Shown here: positions 47,972 through 57,837 of the stretch, piece after piece | How positions within the stretch are numbered: the stretch's first letter is position 1 | Layout: each line of letters opens with the position of its first letter | Origin: Nitrospirota bacterium | GTDB taxonomy: Bacteria; Nitrospirota; Nitrospiria; Nitrospirales; NS-4 | Assembly: GCA_963788195.1 (NCBI GenBank) | Contig: CAWBGA010000017.1 | Location: 128,001-192,000, forward strand | Direction: 5' to 3' | Length of the DNA: 64,000 nt | Notes under the pieces: model-generated | What the model was told of the DNA's origin: nothing | The model's database searches: none | The model's input: the letters and a program-made list of their open reading frames with translations, nothing else | Translations under genes and position numbers: made by a program

Positions 47972-49817
47972 GTGACGCCCGAATCAGTCGAACATTTCTT
48001 TGCTGGGGTCGACACAGTTCCCGCCCTGCTGGCGAAGCGGGTAGCTCTCACCCCCGGCACGCCGGCGCACTTCACCCAGGATGCGGGCGGCGCCTGGAGG
48101 CCGACGACCTGGTCCGACCTTGTTGTGGCCATCCAGAAGGTTGCGGCGGGTTTGGCTGATCTGGGTCTCGTGCATGGAGACCGCATTGCCATACTGGCAG
48201 GGACGTCGCAAGACTGGGAGATCTGCCAAATCGCGGCCCTGCAGCTCGGCGTAACGGTCATCGGCATCGATCCATACTATCCGGCCGGACAGATCAATCC
48301 AATCGTTTCCGGGTTGAAACCCGTAGCTCTGGTCGTCGGCGACGTCAGCCTCTTGCAGCGTGTCGATCCGGCACTCCGCGCACAGCTGCGCTTCGTGGTG
48401 ATGATCGGCGATCGGGCGGTGACCGAGAGCGTCGTCAGTTTGGCGGCTTTAAAAAACCGCGACAAAAAAGCGCTCGCCACCAGGTCGGCCGTACCAATTC
48501 GTGGCGAGGATCCGGCGATGATCGTCTTTTCGTCGGGGACCGCCGGAATTCCCACACCTATCGTGTACACGCACGCTCAGGTGTGTCTAGCCTGCCGCGC
48601 GTTAGTCGAAACATACGACGACCTCGATGACCGCAGCAGCCTGGTTTGCTGGTTGCCGCTGTCCAACCTTTTCCAGCGCGTTCAAAACATCGGCGCAATC
48701 GTGACGGGGCAGGCGTCCTATATCGTCAACGATCCGCGGAAGGTCATGGAATGCGTGCCGGTGGCGAATCCGCAGGTCTTTATCGCCGTGCCGCGCTTTT
48801 GCGAGCGTTTGTACGCCGGCATCGAGGAAAAACTGTCCACATTGCCGAAGCCACTCGGCGCAATGATCAAAGGCGGGATTGCCGCCAACGTGCGTGAGAA
48901 CCAACTCAAAGCCGCGGACTTGCCGGTGCCTCTCGGCACCAGAATGTTCGCCATGCTGGCGCGCCGCACGGTGCTCAAGGGCCTGAGCCACATCATGGGG
49001 TCAAATCTCAAGTACATCGTCAGCGGCTCGGCGCCGTGCCCGATGTGGCTGCTGGAAACCTTTGGCGCGATCGGCATTCCGATACTCGAGGCCTATGGCC
49101 AGAGCGAGAACATTATACCGATCGCCGCCAACGTGCCGTCGGCCGTCAAGCTGGGGACGGTCGGGCGTCCTTTCAAGTACAACGAGGTGCGCGCTATCGG
49201 ATGAAGGCGTGATTGAGGTGCGAAGTCCCGGTGTGTTTCACGCCGATCTTGCGGAGAACCAGGCGCGCCCCGCGCTGACGCCGGACGGTTATCTTGTGAC
49301 CGGGGATCTGGGCGAGTTCGTATCCGGCGGCTACCTAAAGCTGACCGGCCGTCAGGCCGAGGTCTTCAAGACCCCGAACGGACGCTGGGCATCGCCGGGC
49401 GACATCGAGGCTGCGCTTCGGCGTGTACATTATGTCGATCAGGCTGCGGTGCTGATCCGTGACAGCGGCACCATACTTGCGATGTTGGTCATCTCAGCGA
49501 CGGCATATGCCCACGCCGGCGCCAATTCCAAGCCCCCCGGCGAGCTGGACCTTACCGATCCGCGGGTGCAGGAGGCAATACGCGGGGACTTGACGCGCGA
49601 GTTGGCCGCTCTTGCGCCGGCGATCTGGCCGCGCGGGTTGGTGCTCACCACCCGCATGTTTTCGATCGACGGCGGGGAACTGACCACCAATTTCAAGCTG
49701 CGTCGCGCGGCGATCGACAAGAAGTATGATTCCGCCTTGGCCGGATTGAGCCGGGAAATCCACGCCGCTAGGTCGTCGCGGACGGAGTCGGAACCAATGA
49801 GGATGCACGTTCTTTGA
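47972..49817 (+). CDS. Long-chain fatty acyl-CoA/AMP ligase (apparent +1 frameshift ~49191)
   Basis: FSSGTAG, WLPL, AVPRFCE, EAYGQSE, GTVGRP; adjacent frame gives LSDEGVIEVRSPG, VTGDLG, LTGR, GELTTNFKLRR. Confidence 0.87.
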
Positions 49818-50935
49818 ACAGTTACTTCTTGACCGGCGGCACCGGTACCGTAGGTAGTCGTATCCTGGAGCACCTGCTGGCGCAACGCGACAGCCACGTC
49901 TACCTGCTTGCGCGTGCCGATTCGGACGAGAACGGCGAAAACCGCAAATTCCATTTGCTGCAAACCATCATGGGCGCAAACGGTGCGAAACATGCCGATC
50001 GCGTGACGGCGATCCGCGGCGACACCAAGCTGCCGCTGTTCGGCATGTCGCAGGACCAGTACCAACGACTGGCCGGTGTATGCACCCATGTCATCCATAG
50101 CGCGGGCCTGGTGCGGTTGAACCTGCCGATCGAAGAAGCGCGCGATTCGGCGGTCGGCGCGGCCGAGAACGTGATCAGCTTCGCGCGGGCGCTGCAGCAG
50201 TCCGGGCAGTTGCAGAAAATTGAGTTCGTCAGCACGGTGGGGGTCGGCGGCCGCCTCAAGGAGGTGGTTGAGGGCTGGATCGCAACGCCGCGCGATTTCC
50301 ACAACACCTACGAGCAGGCCAAGGCCGAGGCTGAGATTCGCGTACAAGCCGCCGTTGGCGAGGGGTTACCGATCACGGTACATCGGCCGAGCATGGTGGT
50401 CGGCGATTCCGTGACAGGACGCACCATCAGTTTCCAGGTCTTCTACCACCTGTGCGAATTTCTGACCGGGTCGCGCAGTCGCGGTTTGTTGCCGTCGTTC
50501 GGGAGCACCAGACTCGACACGATTCCGGTCGACTACGTCGCTAAGGCCATGATCTGGTCGTCCGGCCAAACACAAACCATCGGCAAAATCATGCATCTGT
50601 GCTCGGGGCCGCGTGACGCGATTCCGATCGGCGATTTGCAGCGCCTGGTTGTCGCCACGTTCCGCGCCAAGGGCGTCGCGTTGCCGAAGACCAGGATTAT
50701 CCCGCGCCCCTTGTTCCGCGGCATGCTGGTGCCTCTAGGAATGCTGGCGCCGGAAAAAATACGTGCTTCCATTAAAACGGTGCCGATCTTTCTCGACTAC
50801 CTCGCCTCCGAAATGGTGTTCCATAACGAAGCCACCGGGAAACTGCTCGGCCCGGAGGGCATCACCGTACCGCCGACCTCCGCCTATCTGGAGAAAGTAT
50901 TGAACTACTATCTCGCCCGGCGCGAACGCAAGTAA
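49814..50935 (+). CDS. Extended SDR, thioester/fatty acyl-CoA reductase-like
   Basis: FLTGGTGTVG, VIHSAG, FVST, YEQAK catalytic motif, HRPSMVVGDS, IPVDYVA. Confidence 0.87.
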   Translation: MNSYFLTGGTGTVGSRILEHLLAQRDSHVYLLARADSDENGENRKFHLLQTIMGANGAKHADRVTAIRGDTKLPLFGMSQDQYQRLAGVCTHVIHSAGLVRLNLPIEEARDSAVGAAENVISFARALQQSGQLQKIEFVSTVGVGGRLKEVVEGWIATPRDFHNTYEQAKAEAEIRVQAAVGEGLPITVHRPSMVVGDSVTGRTISFQVFYHLCEFLTGSRSRGLLPSFGSTRLDTIPVDYVAKAMIWSSGQTQTIGKIMHLCSGPRDAIPIGDLQRLVVATFRAKGVALPKTRIIPRPLFRGMLVPLGMLAPEKIRASIKTVPIFLDYLASEMVFHNEATGKLLGPEGITVPPTSAYLEKVLNYYLARRERK

Positions 50936-50977
50936 AAGACGGACTGGCCATGACATCGCCGGCTGTGCGCCTTGGAA

Positions 50978-51952
50978 TCATATCCTCGTCCGTGACCGTA
51001 ATAGTTCGCGGATCCACCTGCGTGCTATCCACCTCTTCAGGCGTTGAACGGGGTTGCGGTTGCCGCCGATAAGTCTTCCCTGAACGAAACGCCCCAGATA
51101 GCTATCGAACTGCTGATACCAGGGCGCCGCACGTACTGGACCGCGTCCAAGGATGATCTTCAGCGCTTCGCAAACCACGACACTGGCTGCCAGTTGACAG
51201 GCCAGGCCGCTGGAGGGTCCCGTGCGAGCGGCAATGTCCACGAACGTCATTGACATGTACGTCCGATGAGTTCCCCGTGGCGCGAGCCCAACCAGGAAAG
51301 CCGCAAATATATCGACCGGCTCCATGGCATCACAAAAATCAAAGTATCGATCGAAGCTCATCCCCTGGGGCGCAAACACCAACCATGCCGTGCTGAAGCC
51401 CAGAGGGGCAGCCGTGATTGAATACAGACCCTGCTCGGCCGCTATCCGAAATAGGAGCCGACGGGTATCGAGTTCGAAGAAATCAATCCCATCCACGAAC
51501 AGATTAGCGTCTTGGAAAAACTTCTGTACGTTGTCGGCACAAAGTGGCTCGCGAATGATTCGGACGTCTACTTCCGGATTGATGTCTCGCAACACCTCGG
51601 CCATCACCTCAACCTTGGAGCGCCCCATAGCCTTCACCGTCGCACCGTATTGTCGATTAGTATTCGTGACTGTGAAGATGTCGGGATCCGCGATCGTGAA
51701 CGCGCCAACCCCTAGGCGAGCGAATGTAACGGCATGCACGCCGCCGACACCCCCCATCCCCACAATCGCAACCCGAGTCCTGCGCAATCGCTGCTGCTCT
51801 TCAGGACTGATCAGACCAACGTTCCGGGAAAAGGCTTCTTCATAACACCAGGAAGTTGGTGAGATTATGGATTGCTCTGCGGTGATGCCCCTCTCAGCTT
51901 TCAATGCGTTCTCCCATGGGGCGATACAATACAAAGAGACCAGCCAAGCCAA
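50978..51952 (-). CDS. ThiF/E1-like adenylyltransferase (PRK08223-like; start uncertain)
   Basis: YEEAFSRNVGLISPEEQQRLR, GMGGVG, ADPD.F...NTNRQ, VDGIDFF, GPSSGLACQL, GGNRNPVQR; no CxxC Zn motifs. Confidence 0.87.
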   Translation of the reverse strand: MAWLVSLYCIAPWENALKAERGITAEQSIISPTSWCYEEAFSRNVGLISPEEQQRLRRTRVAIVGMGGVGGVHAVTFARLGVGAFTIADPDIFTVTNTNRQYGATVKAMGRSKVEVMAEVLRDINPEVDVRIIREPLCADNVQKFFQDANLFVDGIDFFELDTRRLLFRIAAEQGLYSITAAPLGFSTAWLVFAPQGMSFDRYFDFCDAMEPVDIFAAFLVGLAPRGTHRTYMSMTFVDIAARTGPSSGLACQLAASVVVCEALKIILGRGPVRAAPWYQQFDSYLGRFVQGRLIGGNRNPVQRLKRWIARRWIRELLRSRTRI

Positions 51953-52031
51953 GTGGCTCGTCTAGGTGGATGATCATAGGATGTTGTTCCATATCTATAT
52001 GGATCGGATTCTATCGTATGAACCAAGTATT

Positions 52032-53319
52032 TCAAATGTTTGTTATCCGATCAGCTTGGACTGCCGGAACACTGGTGTCTTCCCCCTCCGTGCTGACGTG
52101 TCGCGAGGAACACAGCTCGTCTACGATCTTTCGAAACCGGCTGGGAGCATCGTACAGCCGAAAGGTGTCCGCCAGCCGCGCTGCCATCGTGTGGTAGGCT
52201 GGCTGGGCCAGCATCTTCGTCACGCAATCACGAATGCTCTTGCACCGTGACCGTCTCCGCGCGCAGCATCTCTCCGGCCCCCGTCCTGCAAACCGCATCC
52301 ATGTTCATGTATTGATCGATATTGCTAGGAAGTCCCAGAACCGGTGTACCAACGGCCAGCGACTGATGGGCCGTGGGACTCCCGCCGTTGCAAATGACCA
52401 AACTGGCTCTCGCGGCAGCCTCTCTCCCTGGGAGATAGTCGGTGACATAGAAGTTCCGCGGATTGTTCGGGGAAGCCGGTCGCCCGGCGGTCGCCACAAT
52501 GACTGAAACTTGAAGGTCGGCAAGAGCTTCAAACACACTGGGCAACAATTCCTCTCGACCTGAGCTTCCAAGCGCGACATAGACGATCGGTCTATCTGTC
52601 GGAAGTTGACTCCACCACTCGGGAAGCGTCATCTCGGGGGACCAGAGGATCGGCCCGACATAGTGATGGTTTGCCGGCAGCTTGTCGATCGGGATCATCT
52701 CCGGCACGTCCGGGTAGAGCACATGATCGGCAGAAATCTGCACATGGCGAAAATCACCGGGCAGGCCAGGCAAACCATATTCGCGTCTAAGGCGATTGAC
52801 TGGCCAGGCATGCCAGGCTATTACCCACTGCATGATCGGTTTGGCGATCCACTGAAAGATTCTGGGTCCATCGGGCACCGGCACGAGCCAATTTGACAAA
52901 GGACTCCAGTATGTATTGACGATCGCCATGTAGGGACATCGCGCGGTGGATGCGCTGATCGGCAGGGACATCCGGAAATCGCCGACGATAAGATCCGGGC
53001 CAATCTCCTGGATGACCTCTAGATCCTCCTTCACATAGGCGCGCAGTGTTGGTATATCGAAAAGCGGCGGGATCCTCCTCGTTTTCTGTAAAAAGCGTTT
53101 GCTTGACATCGAGCGGATTTGGCGAACAGGGAAGGGCACGTCTCCGAACAATCTTAAGAATCTTGGATCGCAGGCGAAAAACACGTCATAGCGGGAGCAG
53201 TCCAGCGCGAGGGCCAGCACCATCGGCCTGGTGACATGGGCCAGCGTGACCGCTTCGGCGAAAAATAGAATCCGGGGACGTCTTTTCAGGGTCGGATTCT
53301 TTTCCTCTTGTTGCATCAC
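52032..53319 (-). CDS. GT-B (GT1/MGT-like) glycosyltransferase (apparent +1 frameshift ~52240)
   Basis: AEAVTLAHVTR, PDLIVGDFR, YVGPI, VYVALGSSG, ICNGGS, DQYMN; C-terminal helices in ORF 52032..52298. Confidence 0.85.
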
Positions 53320-53326
53320 AGAGGAT

Positions 53327-54112
53327 TCAAGGAAACGGCCCTCTCAAGGAAGGCTCGGCATGCGGCAATCCGCTCAGAGTTACTTCAAGGCTCGTTTGGG
53401 CTTCCGAAGCGCCCCTCAACTTGCGTGCCGGAATACCGCCCCACACCTCGCCGGGCGGAATGACGGTGCCTCGCGTCACTACAGAATATGCGGCAATCTT
53501 CGCGCCATTGCCGATCTGCACATCCGGCCAGATGAAGGAGCGGGCGCCGATCACGACGTCGTCCCCAACTTCCACCCAGCCTAGAAATAGTTCCTGGTCT
53601 TGAATCTGGTGCCCGGAGATGCAGACTTCGTGGCCGACCACGGTATGGCGCCCAATTGAAACAGCCCATGGGTCCGTCAGGACCACCCCGGAGGCGAGGA
53701 GCGTGTCTGCATAGAGCTTCGTACCCATGCCGCGATAGAAAAGATAGCGAAATATCATGTGGTCGTTGATGACGGACCTTAGGGGGCTGCCTATGTAGAA
53801 CACCATGACTCGAATAGCGAAAATCCACCCGTACACCTTTGGATCCTGCATCGAAAGTCGACCAGTGGGAAGGTTATTGAGCACCAGTACCCTGGTGAGG
53901 ACGAGGATGCCTATAAAGGTCAGTGGAGCCGCGACCATTCCCACTAAGGTGAAGAGCAGGAGGATGTAAAGCGGCGAACTGCGGAAGCCCCACAGCAGAT
54001 AAATGGGCCCCGCAAAACACGAAAAGTACGCGAGACTGGCATACAGCAGCATAATGACATCCCCGAATGCATACTCATAGCCTTTGGCCTTGTTTTGTTT
54101 TTCCTGGCTCAT
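53327..54112 (-). CDS. Membrane-anchored left-handed beta-helix (hexapeptide) acyltransferase-like protein
   Basis: Two N-terminal TM segments; VEVGDDVVIGARSFIWPDVQIGNGAKIAAYSVV...WGGIPAR. Confidence 0.82.
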   Translation of the reverse strand: MSQEKQNKAKGYEYAFGDVIMLLYASLAYFSCFAGPIYLLWGFRSSPLYILLLFTLVGMVAAPLTFIGILVLTRVLVLNNLPTGRLSMQDPKVYGWIFAIRVMVFYIGSPLRSVINDHMIFRYLFYRGMGTKLYADTLLASGVVLTDPWAVSIGRHTVVGHEVCISGHQIQDQELFLGWVEVGDDVVIGARSFIWPDVQIGNGAKIAAYSVVTRGTVIPPGEVWGGIPARKLRGASEAQTSLEVTLSGLPHAEPSLRGPFP

Positions 54113-54450
54113 AGCGAGGAATCGCCTGAAAACTGTTTTAAGACTCGGAGTAGTTTCATTATCAGCCGGACGTTGCCCTGAGATATAAGACAGCGGTCAG
54201 ACAAGACGTAGTGCAATTTTATCGAGAGCAATGGCCATCGACGTTCCCGGAACATGCAGCGCAGACATACTTAGATGATATCATGAGGACGGGTCTTCAT
54301 CAAAACTACAAACAAGATGGCACTGGAATTAATAGGCCTGGCAAGGAGATGTATCGAGCGGATGGTCATCGCTGTGCGAATCAGTGCTACTGGTCAGAAG
54401 GACCTTACCTGGGTGGGAGGGGACGTCTTCACAGAGACGGAACTCGCTCT

Positions 54451-55047
54451 TCAATGGGCAATGAGGCGTAACAATGGTACAGACGCAGAGACGAGGGCCT
54501 TTCCGGAAAATTCGATCTCATGCTGGAAGCGGGTGGCTATGATCCCAGCGAGGTTTCTGAACACTTTGGCTGCGAGGCGCGGCGTCGTGAGCACGAGGTC
54601 ATTGAGAGTTTTGACCGTTAGCCCTAGCAGCCGTGTTTCCTCCATCGCAATGACTGATCTTTTACGAAGCCCCGGCGCCGCGAAGGGCACTTCCCCGATG
54701 ACATCCCCTCGAAGATACACCGCCAGGGTGCTTAGTTCAGTCCCCTTCTGGGGAGCCACGTCCATTAAACTGCCTTCGAGCACTACAAATATCTCCCCCC
54801 CGCCGTCACCTGCCCGGACCGCCAGCTGACCGGAATGACACACCACAGAACGTCCGCGAGCCACCAGCAGGTCCGTTTCCTCCTTTGCGAGGCCTCGAAA
54901 GATGTCCGCCATGGCGCGATCCAATTCCGAAAGTGTCGGCCTCGGAACCGCTTGTTTGAATCCGCATGTCGTGGACGCTTGTTTTGTCGTCAGCTGGCCA
55001 TGGGGCACGGATTTCGGACCTCGGACACGATCTAATGGTGAAATCAT
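54451..55047 (-). CDS. Stand-alone cNMP-binding domain protein, paralogous to the C-domains of the two upstream genes
   Basis: EIFVVLEG, GDVIGEVPF....RKRSVIAMEE, PRLAAKVFRNLA.II.TR shared with neighbours. Confidence 0.78.
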   Translation of the reverse strand: MISPLDRVRGPKSVPHGQLTTKQASTTCGFKQAVPRPTLSELDRAMADIFRGLAKEETDLLVARGRSVVCHSGQLAVRAGDGGGEIFVVLEGSLMDVAPQKGTELSTLAVYLRGDVIGEVPFAAPGLRKRSVIAMEETRLLGLTVKTLNDLVLTTPRLAAKVFRNLAGIIATRFQHEIEFSGKALVSASVPLLRLIAH

Positions 55048-55083
55048 GCGGTAGTCTCCTGCACTCGAATAGAAAAGGTCATG

Positions 55084-56268
55084 TTACTCTTGAATGCTCT
55101 CGTAGTATTTGGTCTCGATTATTCGAGCGAGATTGCGAAACACCTTCGCCTTGAGCCGTGGCTCAGTCGTCACTTCACGATCCAAAGCTTTGGCATTCAG
55201 GACCAGAATGGTGGAATTTTCCATTGCCACCACCGTCATGGAGCGACGCCCCGAGGCCAGGAACGCGCCTTCTCCGAATATCTCGCCCGGCACCAAGATA
55301 GTCACCGTGGTCAATTCACCGTGATTCGGGCCTGACTCTCCCAACACCTGGAAGCACCCGTCTAATATTAAAAAGATCTCGCGTCCTTCTTCCCCGGTGG
55401 ACAGAATGGGATCGCCGGCCCGGCAGGAGACAATTTGCCCCATGGACACGAGCAGCTTCGTCTCAGATTCCGTCAAGTCAGTCAAAATGTCGGAAGGTTC
55501 GACGTCCGGTCCCATGCCCAGCAGGCTTCCGCCTAAAAGCCCCCAAAAGGCGTCCTCATCCGCACCGGCTGACACAAAGGTATGGGCGGCCGCGGGGAAG
55601 TTTCGGAGCAGGAGATCGCGCCATTCGGTCGTTGTCGGGAAGTTTCGTGCAATGGATGTAAGTGGCGAATTGACCCGTTCGAGATGCTCGACATCGCCGC
55701 TCACAAGCACCATCGGAATCACATAGGTGTATTTCGGATGCTTGAAACCAGGCTTGTACATCCTGAAACCCAAGCGCGAATACAATGGCAATAACTTCGG
55801 GTGGCAGTCCAGAAAACAAAATTGCTGCTTTTGCTTAGCCAAAAAATCGGCCACGGTGCACGACAGTTGCATCATGATGGCACTCCCACGCGCGCCCGAA
55901 TGCACAGCAAACCTCGAAGCCATGGCTACATGGGACGGATACGCAGGGGCAAATTTCTCCAGCTCAAAGCGGTCTTCGCACTCCCACGGTCCATCTCGCC
56001 GGAGGTTGATCCGCACACATCCTACTACTGCGCCCTTTTGCCGCATGTAAAACTGCACCGCATGATCATCCAGTTCATCCCGCATCCGCCGTTCAGAGGA
56101 ATTCACTTCTGTGTGTCGTCGCGCCCCGTCCATTTCCTCGATGTAGACCTCGTACCGGAGGCGATAGATCTCCTCCTTCTCCGCGTCCGTTGTCGCGATG
56201 ACGACCCTCGATGCGACAGACGCAACGGTACTATCGTTTTCTAAAATCAAAGCGAGGGAATCAGGCAT
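55084..56268 (-). CDS. GNAT (FeeM/N-acyl amino acid synthase-like) acyltransferase fused to C-terminal cNMP domain, copy B
   Basis: IYRLRYEVYIEE, DELD, VGCVRI, ASRFAV...RG, LYSRLGF; GEIFGEGAFL..GRRSMTVVA. Confidence 0.82.
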   Translation of the reverse strand: MPDSLALILENDSTVASVASRVVIATTDAEKEEIYRLRYEVYIEEMDGARRHTEVNSSERRMRDELDDHAVQFYMRQKGAVVGCVRINLRRDGPWECEDRFELEKFAPAYPSHVAMASRFAVHSGARGSAIMMQLSCTVADFLAKQKQQFCFLDCHPKLLPLYSRLGFRMYKPGFKHPKYTYVIPMVLVSGDVEHLERVNSPLTSIARNFPTTTEWRDLLLRNFPAAAHTFVSAGADEDAFWGLLGGSLLGMGPDVEPSDILTDLTESETKLLVSMGQIVSCRAGDPILSTGEEGREIFLILDGCFQVLGESGPNHGELTTVTILVPGEIFGEGAFLASGRRSMTVVAMENSTILVLNAKALDREVTTEPRLKAKVFRNLARIIETKYYESIQE

Positions 56269-56542
56269 ACAATACAGTTCCTAATTTCTACCTACTTATC
56301 GACCAAACGACGCAACAAATAGAGCTTTCAGGACGGAATTGTGCACGGACGCTAAAAAAGCACGATCGCCGGCAATCTTGCCTTAGAATCATGTCCATCC
56401 ACAGAATGGATGGTTGGAGCTCTGAATCGGCAGGTGATCTCACCATGCCGCCATCAAGGCCGATTTGGTCACTGAACTGCGATTTAGCCGACGAGAAGTA
56501 GACCAGACACGGGGATGGGATTGACGTGAGGCCACTGTGATA

Positions 56543-57724
56543 TCAGCGTACCATGCTGTTGTAGTATCTGGTCTCAATTATTCGAGCGAGATTGCGGAAC
56601 ACCTTCGCGGCAAGCAGTGGCTCCGTGATCACTTCCCGATCCAAAGCTTTGGCGTTCAGGACGAGGATGGTGGAATTTTCCATCGCCACCACAGTCATGG
56701 AGCGACGCCCCGAGGCGAGAAACGCGCCTTCTCCGAAGATCTCCCCCGGCACCAGGATCGTGACCGTAGTCGCTTCCTCCACATGAGAGCCCCTGGAGTT
56801 CCACCCCAAGACCTTGAAGCGGCCGTCCAGAATCAAGAAGATCTCGCGTCCTTCCTCTCCGGTTGAGACAATGGGATCCCCGGCCCGGCACGAGACAACT
56901 TGGCCCATCGACACGATCAGCTTGGCCTCGGACTCCGTCAAGCCAGCGAGAATATCGGAAGGTTCGATGTCCGGCCCCATCCCCCGCAGGCTGCCCCCTA
57001 AGAGCCCCCAAAACGCGTCCCCATCCACATCCCCTGACACAAAGGTATTGGCGGCGGCGGGGAAGTTTCGGAGTAGGAGATTACGCCACTCAGTGGTCCG
57101 GGGATACTCACGCCAAATGGAAACGAGCGGCGAGTTCACGCGTTCGAGATGCTCAAGGTCGCCGGATGTTAATACCATCGGAATGACATAGGTATATTTC
57201 GGATGCTTGAAACCGGGCCTGTACAGCCTGAAACCCAGGCGCGAATACAGCGGCAACAACTTCGGATGGCAGTCAAGGAACAGATAGCGCTGGTCTTCCT
57301 CGATCCAATGTCGGGCGACGGCAAACGACAGTTGCATCATGATGGCACTTCCGCGGGCATGAGCGTGCACGGCGAACCTTGAGGCCATCGCCACGTGGGA
57401 CGGATACGCAGGTGCAAATTTGTCCAGCTCAAAGCGGTCTTCACATTCCCACGGCCCATCTCGGCGAAGGTTCAATCGCACACACCCGACAATCGCGTCC
57501 TGCTGCCGGATGTAAAACTGCACCGCCCGATCATCCAGTTCATCCCGCATCCGCCGTTCAGAGGAATCGACTTCTGTGTGTCGCCGCGCCCCGTCCATTT
57601 CTTCGATATAGACCTCGTACCTTAGGCGATAGATCTCCTTCTTCTCTTCGTCCGTAGTTGCGATGACGACCTTCGGCACCCGGGAAGGGTGTTTTTCTAT
57701 AGGTATCGCTCGGGAATAAGCCAT
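56543..57724 (-). CDS. GNAT (FeeM/N-acyl amino acid synthase-like) acyltransferase fused to C-terminal cNMP domain, copy A
   Basis: Same motifs; long identical stretches with 55084..56268. Confidence 0.82.
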   Translation of the reverse strand: MAYSRAIPIEKHPSRVPKVVIATTDEEKKEIYRLRYEVYIEEMDGARRHTEVDSSERRMRDELDDRAVQFYIRQQDAIVGCVRLNLRRDGPWECEDRFELDKFAPAYPSHVAMASRFAVHAHARGSAIMMQLSFAVARHWIEEDQRYLFLDCHPKLLPLYSRLGFRLYRPGFKHPKYTYVIPMVLTSGDLEHLERVNSPLVSIWREYPRTTEWRNLLLRNFPAAANTFVSGDVDGDAFWGLLGGSLRGMGPDIEPSDILAGLTESEAKLIVSMGQVVSCRAGDPIVSTGEEGREIFLILDGRFKVLGWNSRGSHVEEATTVTILVPGEIFGEGAFLASGRRSMTVVAMENSTILVLNAKALDREVITEPLLAAKVFRNLARIIETRYYNSMVR

Positions 57725-57837
57725 ACGTGGTTTTTCAAGTATATCCCTACTTCGACCAAACCGGAAAGAATGGAGTGACCGCGTTGCTCTACGGTTTCCA
57801 AATCACATCATTCATAGAATAGATGGTCGCTACCTGG

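Noticed and set aside
47600..47975. Small ORFs upstream of the acyl-CoA ligase (47691..47975, 47698..47931 with CAHC)
   Set aside because: No recognisable family. It could be a frameshifted small Zn-ribbon gene, but I cannot support a call, and it lacks an ACP-type DSL motif.
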